From Octopus sinensis (Eukaryota), in contig NC_043003.1 in the NCBI RefSeq assembly GCF_006345805.1, positions 11,160,001-11,224,000 on the forward strand: a stretch of 64,000 nt of DNA, read 5' to 3'. Shown here in pieces: positions 41,578 to 53,535 of the stretch. The notes under the pieces are model-generated. The model worked only from the letters and a program-made list of their open reading frames with translations. It did not search any database and was not told where the DNA came from. Each line of letters starts with the position of its first letter. Position 1 is the stretch's first letter. A program made the position numbers and the translations under genes.

Positions 41578-41830
41578 CGAATATGGCGTAGTGGTTAAGA
41601 GCGCGGGCTGCTAACCCCAAGATTCCGAGTTTGATTCCAGGTAGTGACCTGAATAGTAATGATGATGATAATGATAATAACAACAACAACAACATCGAAA
41701 AATACCTCGGAAATTAGAACCCAGGTTCGAAATTTCCCCAAGACACCTGATGAAGGCTGGAGGGTATATCAGCTGAAACGTGTTAACAACAAACAAGATG
41801 AGGACAAATATCCATCAAATGTAAATAATG
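41578..41830 (+). mobile_element. tRNA-headed SINE carrying a hammerhead-ribozyme tail
   Basis: Box A TGGCGTAGTGG, GGG-CTGCTAA-CCC anticodon-like arm, box B GAGTTTGATTCC, triplet-repeat spacer, then GACAC-CTGATGA-A-GGCTG..CAGCT-GAAACGTGTT. Confidence 0.75.
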
Positions 41831-41905
41831 CAGAAATAATAAATTTCTAAATCTCTCAGAGAGATTTATATAGTAGTGATACAATAAAATAGTTGTATGC
41901 TGTCA

Positions 41906-42342
41906 ACTTAATGTGACAGTCCCATGAAGGGAATAATACTACTGCTATTTAGCCCTAGGAAGCAGCACCGCTTTCTGTCGGCCTTGACACAGTCCCTGTG
42001 TCCTTATGTTTACAAGGAGGAAATAAGCACCTCCACCCAGAGAGATTTAGAAATGTATTATTTGTATTTTTGAAATCAGTGAATGTATTTCACAAGAATA
42101 ATTATAAGTTTACAAGGCCTAGACAAGCATCTTCAGCTAGCATGCCATACTACTCCAGACTGATGATGAGCAATGACTCAGAAACTAGTCTCTGGATGCA
42201 GGCTTGGCTGGGTGGGGGTGTTTATCTCCCCCTTGTAAACATAAGGACACAGGAACTGAGTCAAAGCTGACAGGAAGCGGTGCTGCTTCCTAGGGTTAAA
42301 TAGCAGTAGTATTATTCCCTTCATGGGACTTTCACATTAAGT
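41906..42342. mobile_element. Fold-back/MITE with about 130-bp terminal inverted repeats
   Basis: 41906-42037 and 42209-42342 are near-perfect reverse complements. Confidence 0.8.
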
Positions 42343-43107
42343 AAATAATGTAAATAATTAGATATATAGATGATGATACTAATGATAATGATGATGATAA
42401 TGATGATGATGGTGAATGGGTTTATGATTTGAGGATAATTTTGTTGCTATTTCTAATACCTACACCAAGTGGATGGAAGTATATTTTCTGTTGCTTTCAG
42501 CATTTTTGCTTGTTGGCTTCACTGGAAATCAGGTTTGATCTCTCCCTCCCTCACACACACACACACGCATACACACACACACGCGCATACACACACACAC
42601 ACGCATACACACACACACATACACACTCAAGCACATAAACACCCACATGTACATATATGCACAAACACATCCCACTAACACATGCACATACATACACACA
42701 CAAAACACATACACACTCAAACACCCATACACACACCAACAAACACACACATGCAGATACACAAACACACGCATACATGAACATATACACAAAAACACAT
42801 CCACACACACACACACATACATACACGCATGCATATATACGAACACAAATGTACATACACACACACAAGCAAGCATACACACAACACATACAATTACACA
42901 CACAATACATACACACAGTTACATATACAAATAGACATACACACACACACACACACACACAGAGCAAGGTTTTTGACCCCACCACCCCAATTCACACCCC
43001 AAAAAATCACACCCACACACAACACAAAAAGCAAACTGCAATTCTAAGAATATAAATTCCTTTACAGCATTTGATTTCATTAAAAGTTGTTTAATGCATA
43101 CTTTTAC

Positions 43108-43185
43108 CTTTTGTGGAGACCCAAAACCCCGACCCTGGACAACCAGGCGCTCCCCCAGTGCCGTGCAACCAGACACCGAATATGT
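43108..43185 (-). CDS. Candidate isolated 78-nt internal exon (unidentified)
   Basis: GC-rich island in AT and microsatellite DNA; pyrimidine tract TTTACTTGTTTTCTCTCTATAGATAG, donor CAAAAG|GTAAAA; stop-free in all three frames (frame 0 TYSVSGCTALGERLVVQGRGFGSPQK). No family recognised. Confidence 0.35.
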
Positions 43186-43343
43186 CTATCTATAGAGAGA
43201 AAACAAGTAAAGAGACTATTTTGTTTGGGTGTCTTTTTCTTTTTTCCATGTCACCTACATTTTTTTATGGACTTTCAATTTTAAATGTTTTTCTTTCTTT
43301 TATTTTTATTTTCTTTATATTTGTGTGTATATGTATGAGTGTG

Positions 43344-43377
<34 letters not shown>

Positions 43378-43605
43378 AGTATGTATATATGTATATATAT
43401 ATATATATTTGTGTGTGCATGCATGGGTGTGTTTGTGAGTATATACACATGGAGAGCGGAAGAGAGACACAATGAGAGATAAATGATGGCTAGATAGATA
43501 GATAGATAGATAGCTTGATAGACAGACAGACAGATGGATATATATATATATTATATATATCATATATATATATATATATAATATATATATATATATATAA
43601 TATAT

Positions 43606-43637
<32 letters not shown>

Positions 43638-43994
43638 ATATATATTATATATATATATTTATATACATATATATATATCATATATATATTTATATACATA
43701 CATACATACATACATACATATTCGTATATGTATGTATTTTGGTATTTTGTGGTGTGTGGTGTGACTGTGATGGTTAATAGATAGAATTGGTGACCTTATT
43801 GAAACTTAGTCTTCCAATATACTTCTTTGTACCATCAAAACCCCAGATAAAACAACTGACAAGCAAAATAATTTTGCTTTATAAGGAGAAGTCAGAGTAT
43901 CCAGGTATGTAGGTCACCTTTTAATAAAAGTGGTGTGTGGGTGGGTGGATGCATGTATGTGTGCATTTATACACATGCACACATAACACATGGA

Positions 43995-44077
<83 letters not shown>

Positions 44078-44295
44078 CTTAGTATTACTTAGTATTACTT
44101 AAATTTTCCTCGAATGCGGCTTTTACATGCCGAAATCTACTTGGTGTAATTGATAATTATTCCAAATTAATTAATTTCACCCTATATTGTTACTGATATA
44201 TATATATATATATATACATCTATATGTAATCTTGTCTGTTCCCTGTTTTCTTTTTGTGAACATTGCCTTATACACACACACACACACACATCATA

Positions 44296-44820
44296 TCTCT
44301 TATATAAAATCCGTTCTGTCTGTGTGTGTGTCTTCTAGGATCTCGGGCATCCTCCATCCAATTGCGCTCAAATTTGATATGTAGATACCAACATTAACAG
44401 GGCGTGTATAAGTCTTGAAAAAATTACAAAAATCAATTCCAGGTGAGAATGCAATCGATAAAGCCGTTTTTGTCCTGCTTTATTACCGTCAACCTGTACA
44501 TAACTGCACCTTCCATTTTTTGTTGTTTTTGTACTGCTTAAAGGCACGTTTCTTTCCTGCCAAGCTTACTGTTTAAACCATGTTTGTGTTCTCCCAGTCA
44601 ACAGCCTTATTATTACTGGTACTTTAAACTCTTCGGTTGCATATTTGTGTGAATAAAATCATTTTTCTTTGGAAAAGAAAAAAATTTTATTTCTTCTTTT
44701 GCTGGTGTCTCAAATTTAGGTTAAATCAGTGGGATGGTCGGACAAGTTGTTTTGAGAAAATTTGGTTTAAATGTTTGACAACACAGCACCGCCCATTTGA
44801 CGGGAGGCGTTTTGCTCATA
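44296..44820 (+). mobile_element. Non-autonomous Helitron-like element
   Basis: 5' tctcttatataaaatccgttctgtctgtgtgtg...ccaattgcgctcaaatttgatatg resembles small Helitron/HINE starts; 3' GC hairpin cgcc...ggcg just before the end; canonical CTAG end not seen. Confidence 0.5.
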
Positions 44821-45356
44821 TATATATATATATATATATATAATGTATATATAAAAAACACACACATATATATATATATATATCAAAATCAAATCACAAT
44901 AAAATGGAAATTGTAGTTGTGGTTGACGCCTGTGTTGGTGGCACGCAATAAGCACCATTCATGTGTGGGTCGTTGCCAGTGCTACCTGACTGGTTCCCTG
45001 TGACAATGGCATGTAAAAAGCACCATCCGAACATGGTTGATGCCAGCACCCTCTGCCCTGACTGGCTTCTGTGCCAGTAGCATGTAAACAGCACCATCTG
45101 AACGTGGCCGATGCCAGGTCTGCCTGACTGGCTCCTGTGCTAGTGACATGTAAAAAGCACCCATTACACTCCTGGAGTAGTTGGCGTTAGGATGGGCATC
45201 CAGCTGTAGAAACATTGCCAAATTAGATAGGAGCCTGGTGTGGCCTCTTGGCTTACCAGTCCCCAGTCAAATCATCCAATCCTTGCCAGCATGGAAAACG
45301 GACGTTAAAAAATGATGATTATGATATATACAAACACACACACATATGTATACATA

Positions 45357-47445
45357 TATCATCATCATCATCATCGTCGTTTAACGTCCGTTCTCCATGC
45401 TAGCATGGGTTGGACGGTTCGACCGGGGATCTGGGAAGCCAGAAGGCTGCACCAGGCTCCAGTCTTATCTGGCAGTGTTTCTACAGCTGGATGCCCTTCC
45501 TAACGCCAACCACTCCGTGAGTGTAGTGGGTGCTTTTTACGTGCCACCTGCACAGGTGCCAGGCGAGGCTGGCAACGGCCACGGTCGGATTGGTGTATTT
45601 TATGTGCCACCGGCACGGAAGCCAGACGAGGCGGTGCTGGCATCGGCTACGAGTCGAATGGTGCTTTTTACGTACCACCAGACCAGGGATCCTGGCTGGT
45701 TCAATTCGATTTCGATTTCGCTTGCCCCACATGTCTTCGCAAGCAAGGGGGTTGGCATGGGTGCCTGTTGTACGGTCAGATTGGTGTATTTTACGTGCCA
45801 CCGGCACGGAAGCCAGTGGGGCGGCACTGGCATCGGCCACGAGTCGGATAGTGCTTTTTACGTACCACCAGACCAGGAACCTGGCTGGTTCGATTCGATT
45901 TCGCTTGCCCCAACATGTCTTCGCAAGCAAGGGGGTTGGCATGGGTGCCTGTCGTACGGTCAGATTGGTGTATTTTACGTGCCACCGGCACAGAAGCCAG
46001 TGGAGGCGGTGCTGGCATCGGCCACGAGTCGGATAGTGCTTTTTACGTACCACCAGACCAGGGATCCTGGCTGGTTCAATTCGATTTTGACTTCGATTTC
46101 GATTTCGCTTGCCCCAACATGTCTTCGCAAGCAAAGGGGGGTTGGCATGGGTGTCTGTCGTCGGATGAGGTTCTATATCGACTTCGCTTGCCTCAACAGG
46201 TCTTTGTGTCCAAGGGAGGAAAGGCATTCATAAGTGGGCTGGGCTCACTTGTCCTGCCTGGTCTTCTCACGTACAGAATATTTCCAAAGGTCTCGGTCAC
46301 TGGTCATTTCCTCAGTGAGGCCTAAAGTTCGAAGGTCGTGCTTCACCACCTCGTCCCAGGTTTTCCTGGGTCTACCTCTTCCACGGGTTCCCTCAACTGC
46401 TAAGGATTGACACTTTCTCACACACCTATCTTCATCCATTCTCGCCACATGACCATACCAGCGCAATCGTCTCTCTTGCACACCACAACTGATGCCTCTT
46501 AGGTACAACATTTCTCTCAAGGTGCTAACGCTCTGTCGAGTATGTACACTGACATTACACATCCATCGGAGCATACTGGCTTCATTCCTCACGAGCTTAC
46601 GCATATCCTCAGCAGTCACGGCCCATGTTTCACTGCCATGTAGCATGGCTGTTCGTACACACGCATCATACAGTCTGCCTTTTACTCTGAGCGAGAGGCC
46701 TTTAGTCACCAGCAGAGGTAAGAGCTCCCTAAACTTTGCCCAGGCTATTCTTATTCTAGCAGTTACACTTTCAGCGCACCCACCCCCACTACTGACTTGG
46801 TCGCCTAGATAACGGAAGCTATCAACTACTTCTAGTTTTTCCCCCCTGGAAAGTGACTGAAGTTATTTTCTGCAGATTTTCGGAGGTTAATGCTCCTGAG
46901 CATCTGCCACATACAAAAACTATCTTCCCAGTTAGCCTACCTTTGACATTGCTGCACCTCTTATGTGTCCATAGCTTACACTGGGTACATCTTATAGAGT
47001 TTCTACCTACACCTTTTCTACAGATCGAGCAGGGCCATCTTCCTGAAGACATTTGTGGATTGTCTACCTTCCTACTTATTAGTACTTTGGTTTTAGCTAG
47101 GTTGACTCTAAGGCCCCTCGATTCTAAACCCTCCTTCCACACCTGGAACTTCTCCTCCAGCTCTGATAGTGACTCAGCAATAAGAGCAAGGTCGTCAGCA
47201 TAGAGGAGCTCCCAGAGACAACCTGTCTTGAATTCCTCCGTAATTGCCTGTAGACTATGATAAATAGGAGGGGGCTGAGTACTGAACCCTGGTGGACCCC
47301 AACCTCTACTTTGAATTCTTCTGTGTACATGTTGCTAACCCTAACCTTACTTACGGCATCTCTGTACATGGCTTGCACAGTCCTCACCAGCCATTCATCT
47401 ATCCCTAGTTTCCTCATTGACCACCAGATAAGGGATCGGGGGACC
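45357..47445 (-). mobile_element. 5'-truncated RTE-clade LINE (RT C-terminal half, 3' UTR, (GAT)n tail)
   Basis: GVHQGSVLSPLLF, LYADDL (YADD at 47191-47202), NLAKTK, YLGD, RLRWYGHVARM, GRGRPRKTW; two single-base frameshifts near 47253 and 46843; stop at 46245. Confidence 0.95.
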
Positions 47446-47687
47446 CTATATATAAATATATATACATATATACACACATATGTCCATACATATATACATA
47501 AATATATATATAGGCACAGCAGTGACTGTGTGGTAAGTAGCTTGCTTACCAACCACATGGTTCCAGGTTTAGTCCCACTGTGTGACACCTTGAGCAAGTA
47601 TCTTCTATTATAGCCTCGGGCTGACCAAAGCCTTGTGAGTGGATTTGGTAGACAGAAACTGAAAGAAGCCTGTCATGTGTGTGTATA

Positions 47688-47739
<52 letters not shown>

Positions 47740-48567
47740 TACACCTATATATATGGGTGTATGTATGTTTGTGTGCCTGTGTTTGTCCCCCCCCCCTAAC
47801 GATGTTAGTGTGTCCAAGTCCCTATAATCCAGCGGTTCGGCAAAAGACACTGATAGAAAAAGTACTAGGCTTACAAAGTAAGTCCTGGAGTCGATTTGTT
47901 CGACTAAAGGCAGTGCTCCAGCATGGCTGCAGTCAAATGACTGAAAAGAATAAAAGAATATATATACATATATATATCATCATCATCATCATCATCATCA
48001 TCATTGTTTAACATCCACTTTCCATGCTAGCATGGGTTGGACATATATATACACACACACACACATATATATAGACACACACATATATATATATTCACAT
48101 ACATACATATATATATATAATATACTCATACGGACACTCATACATTCCTTCCCCCACCATTGAAGCACACCTGTGTGAAATCATTGTAACGGATGCAATT
48201 ACATGGTTCCCTGCACACACTCACATGACAGAGACTCTACCACACTTCCCTACAACCATCCATTGAGCACTTAATGTTCACACATGTAAAAACACAGAAC
48301 ATAAAGCATCGTCAGGCCTTGCTAGGACCATGTGGCTCTAGGTTCAATCCTCTCCTGCAGCACCTTGGGCCAGTATCTTTTTCTGGTGCTTCAGGTCGTT
48401 AAATCAATAAATATGGCATCAAATAACTCTTCCAAAGTTTGTCATGTTTTAGGACTTGTAATTCTTGACCTGGTCAATGAAAGTATGTTTCTTGGGCTGC
48501 GTGAGGGAGTAAATGAACAATAAATGGCAGATAAAACAGTTCTATATTTAAGAGATGAGGAATTATG

Positions 48568-48817
48568 TACATTATTTACATATGACGGATATTTGTCCTC
48601 ATCTTGTTTGTTGTTAACACAACATTTCAGCTGACATACCCTCCAACCTTCATCAGGTGTCTTGGGGAAATTTCAAACCTGGGTTCTCATTCTTAAGGTA
48701 TCTTTCGATGTTATTATTATTATTATTATCATCATTATTATTATTATTATTATCATTATTATTATTGTTATTATCATTATTATTATTATTGTTCAGGTCA
48801 CTGCTTGGAATTGAACC
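48568..48817 (-). mobile_element. HHR-SINE copy truncated at box B
   Basis: Reverse complement of the 41578 family from GGTTCAATTCC to the ...aaataatgta end; HHR near 48614-48662. Confidence 0.75.
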
Positions 48818-48821
48818 TACA

Positions 48822-49079
48822 GGCATATGGCGTAGTGGTTAAGAGTGCGAGCTAATAACCCCAAGATTCCGAATTTGATTCCAAGCAGTGACCCGAACAA
48901 TAATAATAATAATATTAATAATAATAACAACAACAACATAGAAAAATACCTTAGGAATGAGAACTCAGGTTTGAAATTTCCCCAAGACACCTGATGAAGG
49001 CTGGAGGGTATATCAGCTGAAATGTTGTGTTAACAACAAACAAGATGAGGACAAATATCCGTCAAATGGAAATAATGTA
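48822..49079 (+). mobile_element. HHR-SINE full copy
   Basis: ggcatatggcgtagtggttaag head; HHR at 48986-49031; tail ...gaggacaaatatccgtcaaatggaaataatgta. Confidence 0.75.
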
Positions 49080-49204
49080 AATAGCATCAATAAAATGGCA
49101 GATATTTAGTGGAAGAATTTATTATTGCACATTAAAAACAAACTGTGTTGGCTTTTACAGTTAACAGCAGCAATAATTACTGACCGGGGAAGAGACACTA
49201 CTCT

Positions 49205-49720
49205 GACGATGGTGGTGAGGTTATTGATGATAATGATGATGGTGCTGATGGTGATGGTGGTGTTGATGTTTCTAATGATGATGGTGATGATGATAATGAT
49301 GGTGGTGGCAGCGGTGGTATTGGTGGCAGCAGTGGTAGTGGTGGCAGCAGTGGTAGTGGTGGCAGGTGTGGTAGTGGTGGCAAGTGTGGTGGTGGTGTTG
49401 ATGATCATGATCAAGATGATGGCAATGATGGTGGCAGCGGTGGTATTGGTGGCAGCAGTGGTAGTGGTGGCAGCGGTGGTAGTGGTGGCAGCGGTGGTAG
49501 TGGTGGCAGCGGTGGTAGTGGTGGTGATGATCATGATCAAGATGATGGCAATGATGGTGGTGGTGGTGGAAGTGGTGATGATGATTATAATGATGATGAT
49601 GATGGTGGTGAAGATGATGACAACAGTGATGATAAAAACGACCAGGATGACAATAAAAATGACAACGATAATGATGATGATAATGATGATGATGATGAAG
49701 ATGTTGATGATATTGATAAT
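49205..49720. repeat. Compound (GAT/GGT/GGC)n island with 18-bp GCAGCRGTGGTAGTGGTG units
   Basis: Direct repeats; source of the 255-aa poly-M/V/A ORF. Confidence 0.9.
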
Positions 49721-50514
49721 GACTCTAACTTCATCTCTCTCTTCCTTTTTGTTTTTTTTTATTCAACATATTTATCTCACATTTCCTTATGAATTCTTCA
49801 CAGTTCTTCACAATCTTTTGCTTGTTCTTTTTGTTTTTTGTTACTTTTTTTTTAAATCTTTTTTTTTGGCATTTGTTACTTCCAATTTATAACAACCAAG
49901 AACAATAGGATTGGCGCTTCGTTTGTAGTGTCATTACTTCAGAGTCTCAAGTTTTGACTTATAAACCATTTCTTCTTAGCACTTAGGGAGTGGGTTATTT
50001 TTTTTATTTTTTTTTTTTTATCCTGTTTGTGGTTCTTATACATTAGCAGTATATTGATTGTAGTACCGTACTGCACTATTACTACCATTTCCATCATCAT
50101 CAACCATCAACTTTTGTAGGAAATTCTCTATAAAATGGCCATGTTTACTAATGTTTCCTTATTAAGTTTTGGCTTCGTGTTGTGTGATGTTCTACACTGG
50201 AAATTCTTCTTTGTTGTAAATTTGCCACAAAACTTGACTATTAATTATGGAAACCGTTCTAAGAGCACAGCACAAGGTAAGAGAATCAATGCACACACAC
50301 ATGCGAGTGCATACATGCGTGTTTATGTGTGTGTGTGTATATGTACATGTGTATGTGTATGTGTGTGCGCACACACACATATATATATATATATTCTTAT
50401 ACATGTGAACATATACATGTTTATATTTATATAAATATATATACATAAATTATATATATGTGTATGTATATATATATATATATATATGTAAATATGTGTA
50501 TATATATATAGTTG

Positions 50515-50701
50515 GAATTTTACAAAATAACAAAAGACAAAGACAGGTGTGTAAACAACAAACAGGTGTATCAGTTTAATGCTTGGGGAGGTGAGAAAGT
50601 TTTTTACGTTTCAAGCCTACGCTCTTCAACAGAAAGATAGATGAGAAAAATAAACAGAGAGAGTATAAAAAAGGCTTAGTGGCTAGCAGTCGATCATGGC
50701 A

Positions 50702-50734
<33 letters not shown>

Positions 50735-51035
50735 CACACACATATATATTACATATATGCATATATATACATCTATATGTACATATATACTATATATATG
50801 TGTGTGTGTATATATATATACAGATCGCCATGTTGATTCGCTAGCCTCTGCATGCATTTTTTTTTCTCCTTGTTTCTTTCTGTGTTTCTTTTCTGTGTAT
50901 CTTTCTGTTGAAGAGTGTAGGCTCGAAACGTAAAAGACTTGTTTTATTTATATTCCTGAGTGCCATACTAATACAATTGTTTGTTTGTATTCCACCTGCC
51001 TTCGTCTTTTGTTTATTTTCATAAAGCTTCCCGTT
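50515..51035. mobile_element. Inverted pair of about 200-bp PLE pseudo-LTR units with CUGU-core HHR-like motifs
   Basis: Minus unit about 50515-50700 (motif 50601-50636), plus unit about 50826-51035 (motif 50901-50936), separated by TA/CA repeats. Confidence 0.7.
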
Positions 51036-51048
51036 ATATATATACATA

Positions 51049-51109
<61 letters not shown>

Positions 51110-51172
51110 TGTCCAACCCGTGGTAGCGCGGAAAACGGATGTTAAACGATGATGATGATACACACACACATA

Positions 51173-51204
<32 letters not shown>

Positions 51205-51695
51205 TTTGGGAAATGGATGTATGGCATTCAATCAAATAATATAAATAATATATATATATATATATATACATACACATATGCATATATGGGTACAGGACAT
51301 CACCAACAGTAAACAACATGAAATACGAAAACAAATGGCTTCAATACGCAAACAAATGGAGAACAGGACAAGTAACACAAAGAACGACCCTTCATGAGTT
51401 GTCAGCTGTCTATCTACTCCTCATTTCAAGCACTGAACAACAATACAAGTCTTTGAAGACAGTTGCTCCCATAAATACTAAAATAAAATTTTGGATTTAT
51501 GGAGGGTCAAAGTTGGGAACAAAAACAGGACAGTGGAGACACACAAGCAAACCAAACTGACCACAGCTACGATATTGGTTTTATTTGACTCAACAGGTCT
51601 TCTCAAGCACATCATATTGTCCGATGCATCAGAGGTGCTCTCAACTGGGCCGGACATGCATGGCTGTGATCTCATTTTAGTTGGTGGTTCTTCTC

Positions 51696-51745
<50 letters not shown>

Positions 51746-51775
51746 TTCGATATATATATATATTACCCTTTTTTG

Positions 51776-51831
<56 letters not shown>

Positions 51832-53252
51832 AATATTCTATAATTATAAACATAATTATAATTAGGGCTCAGCTAATTGCTTCACCACATACCGAATTTA
51901 GAAATAGGAGTTAAAAATTCCTTTTCTACTACTGTAAGAATCTCCACAACAGTAACACACTTTTTTTTACGTAAAAAGGTTATTTTAATGTAACAACTAC
52001 TTGATAAAATTATTAATTAATTGATTAATTAATTTAATTAATTTTATCTTTTTATTATTAATTCGAATATATATATATATATTAAGGTATGTAGAAAAAT
52101 ACAACATGGACAAGAACGTATAACTCTTAGAAGACGATACAATAAACACGGACAGGACATTCGAAACCCTCAGTCTTCAGTCAAGAACCGGATCATCGTA
52201 GTAATTTCGATATATATATATATCAAAAGGATGTGTTATAATACTATTCTACAGCCATACTAACAATCCAACATATCTCCATCATCAGCTGCCCCACGGA
52301 TATCACTATGGTTTCGACACCTAGACAGAACCATTCAATCCGTCGGTGTCATCAGTACTAAAATAAGTGTTGTTTGAGAACAAACACACCAAAGAAACCA
52401 CAACTTTCAAACACATTTACCCAATGTACAACCATATCGATAAATAAATTCCGTAAGTAAATTACAATCACTCTTAAATACGTAACTAAACAGCGACAAA
52501 GTCATAGAAAATTATAATCCCCGCCGTCTTCCGTAGTGTTATATAAACGTAAATAACCACATTATTTCAATCAATCAATATATAGGTAGGATTAAACACT
52601 AACCCTACTAAAACTATAACAAGAGACATTTAAACCAATGTACATTGTATCGGTATTAATAGTAAACTACAATAACTAAATTATATGCTAAATTGCGATC
52701 CATCTTTAAGTCCATATAAATAATAATCCCACCGGTCTTCCATAGATACTACTATAATGAAAGTTCAATATAAATTTTTTTCCAAAGCAAAACACGATTG
52801 AAATTAATTTAACTAATATTTTTATGAGTGAAATAAATTATTTCATCCTTCAAAAGTTAATAATAAAACACTTCACCACTACAAGTTATAATATTAAATT
52901 ACCAGTGACTAATATACACTTAAATTTCATTAAATAGGAACTAATAGAATTACTTGTAATAAACTAATATTATAAATCTTGCTATGATTGAAGCTAATCA
53001 CTGTTTAAAAGACTATAAGCATTAACCATAAGCATTAACACTTACATGCTTAATCAGGCGCGGTTCCCTTACCAAGAATTTAAAGAGCAACTATATTGAT
53101 GACGTAGTGCGTAATTACCATTCCCTCAATTGTCTCAATACCAGTGACGTAGTATGCAAATAGCTCGAATCGTGAACCTTCATTGTACACGTACACCAAA
53201 TGAACCCACACCATGGCACGAAGTACAAAGAAGAGCATCTCTGTTCAGCTCT

Positions 53253-53535
53253 AGCACGATTGCTGCGAGTGAGAGTGGCCACATGAGCACGCTATGAGTT
53301 AGCTGCCGAGTTTCAGTGGGAAAAGCAGGGCTCGTGGGGTCGGCAATCCTGGTGTTCCCACTTCATGTGTTATTTTATGTTTGTGTTGTAAAAATTTGTA
53401 TATCATCCGATTTCTTCGATTTTATGTAAAATTCTTAAAGATCATATTTATGTAATTTCCATCCGTTTCTCATGACCCCAAATCATGATGTATTGTCCCC
53501 CTCTACGTCGGCCCCTTGTGGGTAATAAAGAAATA
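53253..53535 (+). mobile_element. 283-bp retroposed insertion (probable LINE 3' end) with perfect 17-bp TSD
   Basis: catctctgttcagctct at 53236-53252 and 53536-53552; insert ends tgtcccctctacgtcggccccttgtgggtaataaagaaata. Confidence 0.8.

Noticed and set aside
45397-46325. Long ORFs of 136-278 aa on both strands
   Set aside because: They lie within the tandemly repeated RTE 3' UTR; no domain content.
52596-52610. CTAACCCTA as a telomerase RNA template
   Set aside because: Imperfect, in AT-rich context, with no pseudoknot or H/ACA domain nearby.
53230-53375. Structured ncRNA (snRNA, vault or HDV-like) downstream of an octamer; hairpin GTGGGAA/TTCCCAC and CACATGA/TCATGTG pairing
   Set aside because: No match to the U1-U12, 7SK, 7SL, MRP/P, vault or HDV patterns I know; the 17-bp TSD shows this is a retroposed insert.
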